Shown here piece by piece: positions 9,793 through 20,011 of a stretch of DNA of 64,000 nt (its first letter is position 1; every line of letters starts with the position of its first letter). The position numbers and the translations under genes were made by a program. Under the pieces are notes generated by a model that searched no databases, was not told the origin of the DNA, and was given only the letters and a program-made list of their open reading frames with translations. Source of the stretch: an uncultured bacterium (GTDB lineage Bacteria; UBA8481); assembly GCA_964499705.1 (NCBI GenBank), contig CAZCME010000009.1, forward strand, positions 2,001-66,000, given 5' to 3'.

Positions 9793-9991
9793 CAGATGTT
9801 CCCCATCCGATGGCGGGAATCAACAGGATGGGCAGGATTGGGGGCATGGAATCCGCAATCGGCTTGAATGGGGAGATTGGCGGGTGTTCTGCCTCTCTTC
9901 GATAACAGGACGGCATTATCTTCATTTCTACTGTGAATCGATCCTGCCTATCCTGTTCATCCTGTTACTATATTTTGATGGGTGACTTCTG
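9793..9991 (-). repeat. Nested-palindrome MITE-like element, copy A
   Basis: Ends CAGATGTTCCCCATC / GATGGGTGACTTCTG; inner AACAGGATGGGCAGGAT... and ATCCTGCCTATCCTGTTCATCCTGTT; reverse complement of copies at 29592 and 49275. Confidence 0.85.
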
Positions 9992-10019
9992 ATCGTCGCT
10001 GCTGCGTCGGAGCACGCGA

Positions 10020-11018
10020 CTATCGAGGAAGTGGAATGGCCGGACCTTTCTCCAGAAGCGCCTTGACCCTCGCCGGATCGAAGCCGGGGACGGATTCCAG
10101 ATCTTCGCGGGTCAGGATGGGGCGGGAATTTTCCCGATACCAGAGGAGTATTTTCGCGCGCGAGGAACCGATCTCGGGTATTGCGGAAAGCTCCTCCAGT
10201 GTGGCGGTGTTGAGATTAATTCCTGCGATCGCCATTGTATCGGTGGGCGCCGCCGCAATGGCGATAGCCGGGGAGGTCGCGAGGCCGGTGCCCACCCGCA
10301 CCGGCTGCGACCTTCCTTCGGCATGCGAAATTTCGTCGATCGCCTGCAGCACGATCGTACCGGCGCGCGCCGGGATCACGGTGAGGAACGCGATTCCATG
10401 GCGGAAGGATTCCACCGCGATGATCGGCGCCTGGATCGCGGAGTCATCAGCTGTGAATATTCGGATCCTGGCCTTCTGTCGCGACCAATCGCTGATGATG
10501 TCGCCGGAATCAGTTTTCCCCATGATCTGAAGCATGAATGGCTTTCCTGCTGTTGCCTGTTCGGCTGGAATCAGCTCAAGGCTTCGCAGGGGATTTTCGT
10601 CATTGAGAACAGAATGAGCTTTGGCGCGAACCGCGAAGGGGACGGAGAATCCTCGGATGGGTGCCGCTTCGACCTGGAGCGCCGCGGTTTCAACGACGGA
10701 ATAGCGAAGACGGACGCGCGCGAGGCCGTTCTTGAAGAGCGCGCGGGCGATTCGCGACGGCTCGAAGCGACCGGTCGCGCCGGGGAATCCCTGCCGGATC
10801 GTGACATCGCCGCCCGCCGTCTCGAAATCCGCGATCGGTTTTCCGTCGGGATCCAGGAACTCGATCGTGACGTCGAATGGTTCGCCGACGGTTGCCGACA
10901 GCGGGGGAGTCATCCGCAGGGAATGCGCTCGTGTGGTTTCCGCTGCGGGAGCCTGCGCGGTCGCGGCCGTTCCCGTCATGAGCATGCAACAAAGAAGGAG
11001 CCGGACTTTTCGCTTCAT
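10020..11018 (-). CDS. Secreted protein with Ig-like region and C-terminal ComEA-type helix-hairpin-helix domain
   Basis: INLNTATLEELSAIPEIGSSRAKIL..YRE..LESVPGF; signal peptide; ATGA overlap with the LacI stop. Confidence 0.75.
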   Translation of the reverse strand: MKRKVRLLLCCMLMTGTAATAQAPAAETTRAHSLRMTPPLSATVGEPFDVTIEFLDPDGKPIADFETAGGDVTIRQGFPGATGRFEPSRIARALFKNGLARVRLRYSVVETAALQVEAAPIRGFSVPFAVRAKAHSVLNDENPLRSLELIPAEQATAGKPFMLQIMGKTDSGDIISDWSRQKARIRIFTADDSAIQAPIIAVESFRHGIAFLTVIPARAGTIVLQAIDEISHAEGRSQPVRVGTGLATSPAIAIAAAPTDTMAIAGINLNTATLEELSAIPEIGSSRAKILLWYRENSRPILTREDLESVPGFDPARVKALLEKGPAIPLPR

Positions 11019-12055
11019 TCCGACCCGCACGACTTGCGGACCATCAGCTGATTCGCGAGCATGATCGCGACCGGCCCCCGCTTCTTCTCCTCGACGAAAT
11101 CGATGACCTTCTCACAGGCGATCTTCCCCATTTCGTAGCAGGGCTGCCGGACCGACGTGAGCGGCGGCCGTTTCTCGATGCAGAAATCGTTGTCGTCGTA
11201 ACCGACGATCGCGATGTCGCGCGGGACATTCATGCCGGCCTCCCGTATGGCCCTCATCGCCATCACCGCCATGAAGTCATTCGCGCAGAAGACCGCGGTC
11301 GGTTTCTTCTTCAGGGCGAGAAGCTTCTTCATGGCCTGGTAGCCTTCATCGAGCTGCCAATCCCCGGAAACGATCAGCTCGTCATGGATCGCCAGTCCGT
11401 GCTTTTTCATCGCCTTCCTGTATCCGGCCACGCGGTCGATGCCGTTGGAGGATGTCAGGTCGCCGGCGATCGTGGCGATGCGACGGTGACCGAGTTTCAC
11501 GAGATGTTCCACCGCCGCGAAGGCTCCCTGGCGGTTGTCCGCGTCCACGAAGCTCATGCCTTTCTTCACGGGTCGCGCGCTGGCGATGATGAAGGGCGCG
11601 TTGATGTGACAGAGCTGATCGAGGTTCGGATCTCCCACGGGAGGCGCCACGACGATCAGGCCGTCCACGAAACCGCAAGTCTGGAACCGCGCGTAGTCGA
11701 CCGCGCCGCCGCTCTTCTTGATCGTGTTGTAGATGAGGAGATCGTATCCCCGCTTTTCGACCGCATCCTCGATGCCGCGGAAGAGTCGCAGGTAGTAGTC
11801 GACGGTGAAGAGAAAGTGATGGGACGGGAGACAGACTCCGATGATGCCGACGCGGGTGTTCTTCTTGGCGAGAGCGCTGGCTACAGGATGAGGACGATAG
11901 CCGATTGCGTTGATGACCTTGTAGATCTTCTCGCGGGTCGCCGGCCTGACGGAGTCGGGCGCGCTGATGGCCCGGGACACGGTCATCATGGAGACGCCGG
12001 CTTTCTTCGCGACGTGTTCGATGGTCTTGTGGTTGATGCCGTTCTTTCTTCTCAT
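11015..12055 (-). CDS. LacI-family transcriptional regulator
   Basis: TIEHVAKKAGVSMMTVSRAI HTH, YRPHPVASAL hinge, AVFCANDFMA, IVGYDD, LTSVRQP; GGAGGA before ATG 12055. Confidence 0.95.
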   Translation of the reverse strand: MRRKNGINHKTIEHVAKKAGVSMMTVSRAISAPDSVRPATREKIYKVINAIGYRPHPVASALAKKNTRVGIIGVCLPSHHFLFTVDYYLRLFRGIEDAVEKRGYDLLIYNTIKKSGGAVDYARFQTCGFVDGLIVVAPPVGDPNLDQLCHINAPFIIASARPVKKGMSFVDADNRQGAFAAVEHLVKLGHRRIATIAGDLTSSNGIDRVAGYRKAMKKHGLAIHDELIVSGDWQLDEGYQAMKKLLALKKKPTAVFCANDFMAVMAMRAIREAGMNVPRDIAIVGYDDNDFCIEKRPPLTSVRQPCYEMGKIACEKVIDFVEEKKRGPVAIMLANQLMVRKSCGSE

Positions 12056-12056
12056 G

Positions 12057-15000
12057 TCATCCTCCGTGCCGCTCCGGGCGGGCCCGCGCCCGACCTCGCC
12101 TGATGATATGCGCATCGGGCGCGTCCTGCGAAGGTTTAGCGCGCACGATGATGTATACACGCGCGCCGTAAATATAGATGACATCCGTCCGGTCCGGGCC
12201 TTCGAAATCCCACACGGAGATCGAGTCACCATAGTACGGCCTGCCGATCCAGTCCGTCGCGCTTGCGGAGGCCGCTCGAACGGTCGCGAATCCCCGGAGA
12301 ATATTGCTGGTTTTCGTCGTTTCCTTCAGTGTGATCGCGATGGGATTCTCCTGCGCCGCGCGGAGATAGACCTGGACGTAGTCGATCTCCGAGTCGTTCC
12401 CGAGGTCGGTCTGCATCTGGATCGCGATGGTGTCGCCGAGAGTCACGGTGCTGTCGGCGGGGAGGATGCCCGACCAATCGGGGAGCATGAAGTCGAGGCT
12501 TACGATGGATTCGTCGAAGACGTCCATTCCGTCGTTCGTCCCGCCTTCGGAAGCCCGGCCCCCCTGGGCCGTCGCGCGCCAGTTGTCAGGAGAATTCGTG
12601 TCGAGTCCGTCCGGGAAAAGATAGAGCGATTTGTCCGTTCCTTCGGCGTAGATGAAAGTCTGGTTGTCGGTCCAGATTCCGGCGGCGACGGCGTCGGAGT
12701 CGGCGCTCGCGTCCGTCAGGCTCCCGAAGGCGACGAAATCGACGATCTTCCATTGTGTGTTGTACAGACCGCATTGATCCGACGACGCGAACATGTCGTC
12801 CGGGGGTATCCGGCGCGCGTAGACATGCGCGACGCTGTCGGCGAAGTCAAGGTCGTCGGGACCGGTGTCGATGTGAGCCACAACCCAGGACCGCGCGGGC
12901 ATCACGAGATTCGAGGGGAGCGTGAAGATCTTCCCGCTGTAGTTCGTGATGTGCCACCCGCTGATGTCGATCGGCGTGTCCGAGGCGTTGTACAGCTCGA
13001 CCCACTCGTCGGCGTCGGCTCCGGTGGAGTCGTTCAGAGAGTCAGGAAGGATCTCGTTGATGACGACCTGCGTCGGAACATGTCCGCTTGGATTGTCCAT
13101 CTCGAAGTAGTCGTAGTTGAATGCCGGATTGGCGCCTTCATACCCGAACTTCACCTTGTTGTCGCCGGCGTTCAAATATGCGGATTGCTCCTTCGTGGCC
13201 CACGTGTTCCAGTCGGCCGTCTGGTTCAGGATGGGATTGTTGACTTCCAGGTCGTTGATGTCGAGCCGGCCGAACGTGCCGGCTCCTCCTGCGGAGTACC
13301 GGAATTTCAGCGTGCGGAATCCGCCGGTTCCGACGTTCACCGTATGCTGGGACCAGTCGTTCGCTTCTTCGGCGTCGAGCTGGTCGAGAAATCCGTCGCC
13401 GCTGTAACCCGGGTGATCGAGATCGACCGCGGCCCCCTTGCCGATGATGCCGCGCTCCGCTTCCCAGCGGTCGACCAGCGTGTCGGAGTCGCCCAGAGTG
13501 TTGACGCCGACCACAGCGTAGTAGTAGGTGTCGCCGACGACGACGTCGGTGTCGAGATACGTGCTGTCCGTCGCGAAATAGCGTCGCGCGATGGGCGAGA
13601 GGACGGTGACGTCGTGAAACGGCGTCTTGCTCCGGAAGATGTCATAACGCCGGAACCCCTGGCCCTCGCAGGGATTCCAGGAAACCTTCAGGTCGAAAGA
13701 CACATTCTCGACCTTGACTCCTCCGATGCGCGGCGGAACGAAGTGGCAGAATGTCGAGAGCTTCAAGGGTGTGCTCGTCGTCCAGTTTCCCGGGTTGGCG
13801 TCGTCGCGCGGATTATTGACGCTGTCCTGGGCATTGTCCGTGATCGTGCCGCCTGTGGTCCAGAGCTCCAACCAGAGCTTCGCGGAGGCGACGTCGCCGA
13901 GGTCGTTCTTGTCGATCTTGTACTCGATGGTCGTCATGGCAGCCGTCGTGTCGAGCGCGATCGCGTCGATGATCCCGACGTTGGTCCATGCGCCGCCGGT
14001 GTATTTCCAGCGCTGGAGGTCGGTCACGTCGAAGGGCGGAAAGTTCATCCATGCGTTGATCTGGTAGTCGGGACGGTGGGGATTGCCGAAGGAGACGGCG
14101 CGGTCCCAGGAGGACGATTCGGAGCCGCAGTTGTCGCGGCCGTCGGTGTCGAAACTGACGATGTACTTGCCCCAGGAATCGTTCTGCGTGCTGACGTCCT
14201 TGTTGATCGTGTAGCACATGTAGATGAAATCGGTGTCGTGGGACATGTAGAGGTTCTTGAGATCCATGGGGGAGTTCGCCTGGCCGTTGGTCCCGTTCTC
14301 CTCGTCCGCCGCCGCGACGACGCCGTAGAAATAGTCAACGCTGCCGTCCATGATCGGCGTGTACCATGGGATGTAGGTGCGATAGGAGGAGGCAAAGGAC
14401 GACGCGGGATAATCCGTTCCCGTTCGGATGACGACCATGTTCCAGTATTCGAGGCGCGGGATCGTCATGTACACGTAATGGCCGTAGGGTTCGTCGGTGC
14501 CTGTCGACCAGCCCGGGAGCTCCGTCATCCGGCAGAGATCCGTGTCGGGGGAGGTGATGAAAACATTCTCCACCTGGGAATTCGTGTAGTACTTCAGGTC
14601 GAAGTTCGTCTTCACGGTCGGAGCGGATGGCATGGTGTCGCGCCAGACGTCGTTGTTGATGCCGACGAGGTTGATGAGGTGGATCATGATCTCGTTCGGA
14701 CGGGTCTTGACGATGCTCCACACCTTGCCGACCTCTCCCGTCGTCGTCAGACCTTCCGCGAGATTCGTCCACGTCACGGCGTCTGTCGTCACGTCGGTGG
14801 CGCCGTCGAAGAGGAGATTCTCGTAGCGGACGATGAAGTCGTAGTAGGCGTACATTTTCCCTTTCAGCGAATCGCTCATCTTCGGCTCGTGATACGGATA
14901 ATAGACCTGCGTCAGCATCACGTTCGATTCTCCCATCTCCAGATGAAACGCGCCGTTGGCGTAGATCGCGGCGTTGGCGAGGAGGGCGGAAGGGGAGTCG

Positions 15001-16271
15001 ATCGGGAGGTTCGACGCAACGAGCGTGTCGTTCTCGTTGTAGTTGATGTAGGCGGGCAGGACGATCTGCTTGCCCGGAGCGTTCTGCTGGATGAGGCGGA
15101 TCCGCGTGCGGAGATCGTTATAGGTCCAGGGACCCCATGTTTCGTCATAGAGAATGTCGGTGTTCGATTGCGCGTTCGACCAGAGTTGTCCCACGTCGAC
15201 GCTGTTGAAGGCGACCGCGCCCTCCGGATCGACCTCGCGAATCGCCGCCTTCGCGCCGTCGATGAAATCCCTGTAGTGGGTGGAATAGTCGAGGACATTG
15301 CCGAAGGCATCCCAGCGGCCGCCCCACGTGCCGAGCTGATCGAGCTGGATGCCCCGGAAACCGACTTCGCGGATCGCCTCCTTGAACTCCGGATAAATGC
15401 GGCTCCGCCAGTCGGTGTCTCCCGCGTTCATGACATAGATCTGGACGCCCCATCCGGAGAGATCGTGCGTGTCGGGAATCGTGGCGGCGGCATCGAGATA
15501 GACGCCGTCCTGAGGATAGGCGGAGGGAGCGCCGATCGGTTTCAGCTCGCCGTACAGGAGATCGTACGCCATCGTCCACATGTTCCGCTGGTTCGCGGCG
15601 CGGATCTTGTTCTTCAGGACGGACAGGGAGAGCCAGCGGGTGGAGAAGTCCTGGTAGAATTCGGAGTAGACGCCGTCCTCCTCCTTCAGGACATCGTCAT
15701 GCTTGTACTGCCAGTCCTGGAACTGGACGATGTTGATATGGAACTTGTTGAGCTCGTCGAGAATCCTGTTCGATTCCTCCGCGGATTCCCAGGAGAAAGC
15801 GTCGGTGAGGAAACCATAACGCGGAGCGTTATACCAGCGATCGCTCACGTCGAGGGCGCCGGAATACCGCAGGACGACCGTGTCGCCGCTATAGATGTCG
15901 GCGTCGATCCCATATCCCTTCAACCTTTCCGTCGGCACTTTCCAGTCGAACGGCAGGAGGACGATCCCGCCGCTGGAGAGGGAGAGCGGGATCGAATCGC
16001 GATGAACGACATCGGCCAGGTGGCGGATGGAGAGTTCCAGGCGCCCGTCGATCGGCAGGCCGGTCGTGTTGTGAACATGGACCTTGATCCGCGCGTTCTG
16101 CGTCGGGTAGTACATGGCCGAATCCGTGGTGATGTGCTTGATCGTCTGGGCTCCGGCGGCCGAGGAAAAGAGAAGAATGAGAAGAAGGGATTCGAGAAAC
16201 GCGCCCCGCGGAATGTGATGAAGGAGCCCCCCCGCATCCTGATACCCTCTGGACGGCACCGCCATGCTCAC
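12057..16271 (-). CDS. Secreted multidomain GH66 (dextranase/cycloisomaltooligosaccharide glucanotransferase-like) with FN3, CBM35/6-like and lamin-tail-like domains
   Basis: PRYGFL, HINIVQFQDWQYKH, GIQLDQLG, LYDETW, YYDFIVRYENLL; EAE..YSGDGF..TADWNTW; VVINEI..EWVELYN. Confidence 0.85.
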   Translation of the reverse strand: MSMAVPSRGYQDAGGLLHHIPRGAFLESLLLILLFSSAAGAQTIKHITTDSAMYYPTQNARIKVHVHNTTGLPIDGRLELSIRHLADVVHRDSIPLSLSSGGIVLLPFDWKVPTERLKGYGIDADIYSGDTVVLRYSGALDVSDRWYNAPRYGFLTDAFSWESAEESNRILDELNKFHINIVQFQDWQYKHDDVLKEEDGVYSEFYQDFSTRWLSLSVLKNKIRAANQRNMWTMAYDLLYGELKPIGAPSAYPQDGVYLDAAATIPDTHDLSGWGVQIYVMNAGDTDWRSRIYPEFKEAIREVGFRGIQLDQLGTWGGRWDAFGNVLDYSTHYRDFIDGAKAAIREVDPEGAVAFNSVDVGQLWSNAQSNTDILYDETWGPWTYNDLRTRIRLIQQNAPGKQIVLPAYINYNENDTLVASNLPIDSPSALLANAAIYANGAFHLEMGESNVMLTQVYYPYHEPKMSDSLKGKMYAYYDFIVRYENLLFDGATDVTTDAVTWTNLAEGLTTTGEVGKVWSIVKTRPNEIMIHLINLVGINNDVWRDTMPSAPTVKTNFDLKYYTNSQVENVFITSPDTDLCRMTELPGWSTGTDEPYGHYVYMTIPRLEYWNMVVIRTGTDYPASSFASSYRTYIPWYTPIMDGSVDYFYGVVAAADEENGTNGQANSPMDLKNLYMSHDTDFIYMCYTINKDVSTQNDSWGKYIVSFDTDGRDNCGSESSSWDRAVSFGNPHRPDYQINAWMNFPPFDVTDLQRWKYTGGAWTNVGIIDAIALDTTAAMTTIEYKIDKNDLGDVASAKLWLELWTTGGTITDNAQDSVNNPRDDANPGNWTTSTPLKLSTFCHFVPPRIGGVKVENVSFDLKVSWNPCEGQGFRRYDIFRSKTPFHDVTVLSPIARRYFATDSTYLDTDVVVGDTYYYAVVGVNTLGDSDTLVDRWEAERGIIGKGAAVDLDHPGYSGDGFLDQLDAEEANDWSQHTVNVGTGGFRTLKFRYSAGGAGTFGRLDINDLEVNNPILNQTADWNTWATKEQSAYLNAGDNKVKFGYEGANPAFNYDYFEMDNPSGHVPTQVVINEILPDSLNDSTGADADEWVELYNASDTPIDISGWHITNYSGKIFTLPSNLVMPARSWVVAHIDTGPDDLDFADSVAHVYARRIPPDDMFASSDQCGLYNTQWKIVDFVAFGSLTDASADSDAVAAGIWTDNQTFIYAEGTDKSLYLFPDGLDTNSPDNWRATAQGGRASEGGTNDGMDVFDESIVSLDFMLPDWSGILPADSTVTLGDTIAIQMQTDLGNDSEIDYVQVYLRAAQENPIAITLKETTKTSNILRGFATVRAASASATDWIGRPYYGDSISVWDFEGPDRTDVIYIYGARVYIIVRAKPSQDAPDAHIIRRGRARARPERHGG

Positions 16272-16277
16272 GGGGGG

Positions 16278-16306
16278 ATTATAGGTTTTGCGCGACGCGG
16301 CATCAA
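16278..16306 (-). promoter_or_regulatory. Sigma70-type promoter of the GH66 gene (probably leaderless)
   Basis: TTGATG-N17-TATAAT-N6-GTG(16271). Confidence 0.65.
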
Positions 16307-16311
16307 GAATA

Positions 16312-16327
16312 ATGTTAGCGCTATCAT
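16312..16327. promoter_or_regulatory. LacI-type operator 1
   Basis: ATGTTAGCGCTATCAT near-palindrome just upstream of the -35 box. Confidence 0.7.
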
Positions 16328-16500
16328 ATATTGGGGAGGGTCAAGCCGAAGTCGGCCCTTCGTATTCGGATCGATCGAGCCGCTCCGCCGGAGGACTGTA
16401 TCGGCGCGTGGAGACATGAACGCGATATCCGAGGAAAAGAGGGATCAGTACAAGCGCGATGATTCCTGCGGGCGCGGGTTTCCTGTGCGATACCCGAACT

Positions 16501-17823
16501 TCATTCCGCCTCGTCGAGGATCGCCTGCAGCTCGTCCTGCGTCGCGGCCAGGACTTCCTTCGCCTTCTTCTTGCCTTCCCAGACGAACTGCAGCTCGCGC
16601 GAGAGGATCTCCTGGATCCGGCTCCACTTCCGATTCGTCGGCGTCGGCACGGCGTAATCGACCGCGTCGAGAAAGACGCGCGTGTTGATCTTCTGCGGCA
16701 CGGCGGGCGCCTCCAGGAAATCGGGCGACTCGGCGATGGAGCGCATCGATGGAATCGCGTGGCCGCTGCGGGCCGTGGCCTTCTGTCCGACCGGGCCGGT
16801 CAGGAACTTCACGAGCCGCCAGGCTTCCTCGGGGTGCTTGGAGGATCGGGCGATGGAGTAGCAGACGGTGAAGAGCGTGGAGACGCGCTCCGGGCCGCGC
16901 GGAAGGACCTGGACGTCCCAGTCGAACTCCTTGATGTCCTTGAACTGCATGCACATCCATCGGCCGTACGTGCACATCGCGGCCTTGCCGGCCTTGAAAA
17001 TGGCGCTGGGTTCCCGGTCTCGCGTGACGGTCGCGTTGGGGGCGGCCTTGTGGACCCACATCAGGTCGGCGAGAAACTGCAACGCCTCCGCGTTCTTCTC
17101 GATGTACCGGGGATCTCCCATCAGCCAGGCCTTGTTGTCGGCCGAGATGATTCTTCCGCCGTTCTGCAGGACCCACGGATACCATTCCGCCATCCATGTC
17201 TCCACGACGAATCCGTACTGATCGGTCATGCCGTCGCCGTCGAAGTCCTTCGTGAGCTTCTTTGAGGCTTCCAGGAATTTCTTCCAGTCCCATTCCGACG
17301 TGGGGAATTCCAGGCCTTCCTTTTGAAACATGTCCTTGTTGAAATACAGAACGAGCGGCGTGAAATCCTTCGGGATGCCGTAGAGCGAACCGTTCCACTT
17401 GAAGTGGCCGACGAGCTGGGGGTAGAAATCGTCGAGCGAAAACTTGTCGCGCTCGATCAGGGGCGTCAGATCGAGGAGCTGATCGCGCGAAGCGAGGTCG
17501 GGGAATTTCTCGAGTCCCAGGTACATGACGTCCGGGGGAGTGCCGCCCGCGAAGTAGGTCATGAGCGCCTGGTCGTACTCGTTCTTGTGGATGATCTTGA
17601 TCTTGATGTCGGGATTTTCGTCGGAGAACTGCCGGAGATATCCCTTGACCGTTTCGAGCTCGTCCGGAGTTCCCCACATCATGAATTCCAGCTGCTTCTG
17701 TTCCACGGCAGGCGCCGCGGCTGTTGCCGGAGCCGGAGCGTTTCCCGGAGAAGTCGACTGTCCGCCGCACGACAAGGCCACAGCCGCCGCGATCCCCAGA
17801 AATATTCTCAACGAATTTCGCAT
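16501..17823 (-). CDS. Sugar ABC transporter substrate-binding lipoprotein
   Basis: Lipobox ALSC, PDVMYL, LYGIPKD..LYFNKDMF, CUT1-type SBP. Confidence 0.92.
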   Translation of the reverse strand: MRNSLRIFLGIAAAVALSCGGQSTSPGNAPAPATAAAPAVEQKQLEFMMWGTPDELETVKGYLRQFSDENPDIKIKIIHKNEYDQALMTYFAGGTPPDVMYLGLEKFPDLASRDQLLDLTPLIERDKFSLDDFYPQLVGHFKWNGSLYGIPKDFTPLVLYFNKDMFQKEGLEFPTSEWDWKKFLEASKKLTKDFDGDGMTDQYGFVVETWMAEWYPWVLQNGGRIISADNKAWLMGDPRYIEKNAEALQFLADLMWVHKAAPNATVTRDREPSAIFKAGKAAMCTYGRWMCMQFKDIKEFDWDVQVLPRGPERVSTLFTVCYSIARSSKHPEEAWRLVKFLTGPVGQKATARSGHAIPSMRSIAESPDFLEAPAVPQKINTRVFLDAVDYAVPTPTNRKWSRIQEILSRELQFVWEGKKKAKEVLAATQDELQAILDEAE

Positions 17824-17825
17824 CT

Positions 17826-19046
17826 TCACTCCTTCAGTCCTGTCATCACGATTCCCTTCACGAAAAATTTCTGGTTGAACAGATACACCATGATCATCGG
17901 CGCGAGTATGATCATACTCGCCGACATCAAGAGCGCCCACTGGGATCCGTACTGCGTCTGAAAATAGGAGAGACCCACCGGGAGCGTCATGTTCGATTCC
18001 GACTTCAGGTAAATAAGAGGCCCCAGGAAATCGTTATACACGCCGATGAACGTGAACGTGCCCAGGGTGGCCAGGGCGGGCTTCGAAAGCGGCAGCATGA
18101 TCCGCCAGTAGATCCCGAAACGAGAGCAACCGTCCATGACGGCGGCCTCCTCGAGCTCCCGCGGTATCGTTCGGAAGAACTGCCGGAGGAAGAAGACGCC
18201 GTAGGCCGAGAAGATGCCGGGCACGATGAGCGCGGCGAGCGAATCGAGCCATCCGATCTCGCGGATGATGACGAAGGTGGGAATCAGGGTGACGGGAAAC
18301 GGCACCATCATCGTGCCGAGATAGAGGAGGAACAATTTCTCGCGGCCCGGGAAGGGAATCCGGGCGAAGGAATAGGCCGCCAGGGAGCTCGTCAACAGTA
18401 CGCCGAACGTCACGCCGAGAGACACGAGGATGCTGTTGGCATACATGCGCCCGAAAGGAATCGTGTTCCAGGCCTCCAGGTAGTTTCTCCATCGGAACCA
18501 GACCACCTTCCTGAACTCGAGCCGGTCGGCTTTCAAAGTGATTTTCTCCCCGAGTCGGAAATCGTCGAGAGTCATTCCGGTCAGGATGCGCTGCTTCGTC
18601 ACCATCTCGAACTCGTCCATCGACTTCACGTCGTATTCCTGCGCGACGAGAAAGCTCTTTCCCTCCCCGGTCCTTGCGTTGATCTCCTTCAGGGGAAGAT
18701 CGCGCGACTCCCGCAGAAGCCTCCACCACGAGATGTCGAGCTCCGACTCGATCTTCCGGAGCGTGTAACCTCCGCCGTCCTTGTCGAGGAGAAGATAGTA
18801 TTCGCCCGTGCGCCTGTCGCTCATGACCTGGAAGTCCCGGCCCTCGTGAAAAATCCGGAGGATCGTCGCCGGGATCCATGTCGGGGGAAGTGTCTGCGTG
18901 AGGCCTTCCTCCTTCAGGGACGTGGAGACTGTCCAGGCGACGGGCGCGAGCATCAGGACGCTGCCCGCGATGAGGAGGAGATAGGCGAGCAGCGAGATCG
19001 CCCTCCGTTCCACGATGCGGATGTCCGGCCTTCCCGGCGGATTCAT
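17826..19046 (-). CDS. Carbohydrate ABC permease (MalG-like) with long inserted loop
   Basis: EAA motif ELEEAAVMDGCS, multiple TMs, C-terminal QKFFVKGIVMTGLKE. Confidence 0.9.
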   Translation of the reverse strand: MNPPGRPDIRIVERRAISLLAYLLLIAGSVLMLAPVAWTVSTSLKEEGLTQTLPPTWIPATILRIFHEGRDFQVMSDRRTGEYYLLLDKDGGGYTLRKIESELDISWWRLLRESRDLPLKEINARTGEGKSFLVAQEYDVKSMDEFEMVTKQRILTGMTLDDFRLGEKITLKADRLEFRKVVWFRWRNYLEAWNTIPFGRMYANSILVSLGVTFGVLLTSSLAAYSFARIPFPGREKLFLLYLGTMMVPFPVTLIPTFVIIREIGWLDSLAALIVPGIFSAYGVFFLRQFFRTIPRELEEAAVMDGCSRFGIYWRIMLPLSKPALATLGTFTFIGVYNDFLGPLIYLKSESNMTLPVGLSYFQTQYGSQWALLMSASMIILAPMIMVYLFNQKFFVKGIVMTGLKE

Positions 19047-19048
19047 CT

Positions 19049-20002
19049 TCAAATCGCCGCGCGCTTTCCGAGATATCTCCACTGGACCGCCGTGACGGTG
19101 AAGATCATGACGAAGAGGATCCAGGAGAGGCTGGCGGCCATCCCCATGCGATTCCAGACGAAGGCGTTCTGGTAGATGTAGTACACGAGTGTCGTGGTGG
19201 ATCCTCCGGGGCCTCCTCCGGTCATGACGAAGATCTCGCCGAACATCTGGAGCCCGCCGATGACGCTCATGATGACGATGAAGAGATTGACGTGGCCGAG
19301 CATGGGGAAGGTGACATGCCAGAACTGGTTCCAGGAATTGGCGCCGTCGACTTCCGCCGCCTCGTACAGCGAGGGCGGAATGCCCTGGAGGCCGGCGAGG
19401 TAGAGGAGCATGTTGTAGCCGGCGCCCTTCCAGATGAGCATCAGCATGATGGCGGGCTTGGCCCAGGCCGTGGAGTTGAGCCACTGGGGGAGCGAATCGC
19501 GGGGAATGGAGAGACCGGCCAGCACGCCGTTGAGGAGCCCGTATTCCGGGTTGTAGATCCAGCGCCAGAGGATCGCGCAGGCGACCATGGAGGAGATGAC
19601 CGGCAGGAAATAGATCGTGCGGAAGACGACGATGCCCCGGAGCTTGCGGTTCATCGTGACCGCGAGCGCGAGGGAGACCGCCATGGATGCGGGGATCATG
19701 AGCATGAAGAAGAGCGTGTTGCCGAGGAACTGCCAGAAGTATCGGTCGCCCATGTAATTCCAGAACCCGAGCGCATCGAGTCCCGAGAGCGCCTTGTAGC
19801 GTTCCGGATGGAATTCATACAGAAGGATGCGGAAATTCTTCAGGCCGACGAAGAGCGGCTTGCCGAAGAGATCCCATTCGCACAGGGAGAGAACCAGGGA
19901 CATGCCGACCGGCAGGAGGACGAACATGGCGAAACCGAGAATATTGGGCAGGAGGAATCCATAACCTTCGACGACGTCTCTCTGCCTGCGCGATAAACTC
20001 AT
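19049..20002 (-). CDS. Carbohydrate ABC permease (MalF-like)
   Basis: LYEAAEVDGAN EAA motif, MTGGGPGGSTTT. Confidence 0.93.
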   Translation of the reverse strand: MSLSRRQRDVVEGYGFLLPNILGFAMFVLLPVGMSLVLSLCEWDLFGKPLFVGLKNFRILLYEFHPERYKALSGLDALGFWNYMGDRYFWQFLGNTLFFMLMIPASMAVSLALAVTMNRKLRGIVVFRTIYFLPVISSMVACAILWRWIYNPEYGLLNGVLAGLSIPRDSLPQWLNSTAWAKPAIMLMLIWKGAGYNMLLYLAGLQGIPPSLYEAAEVDGANSWNQFWHVTFPMLGHVNLFIVIMSVIGGLQMFGEIFVMTGGGPGGSTTTLVYYIYQNAFVWNRMGMAASLSWILFVMIFTVTAVQWRYLGKRAAI

Positions 20003-20011
20003 GCGTGGAGA

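Noticed and set aside
9278-9985. 235-aa ORF across the tRNA and repeat
   Set aside because: Spans tRNA-Gly and element A; its ILPILFILL tail is just the translated palindrome arm.
11967-16688. 1573-aa plus-strand ORF
   Set aside because: Antisense shadow of the GH66 gene; no motifs, expected from high-GC codon bias.
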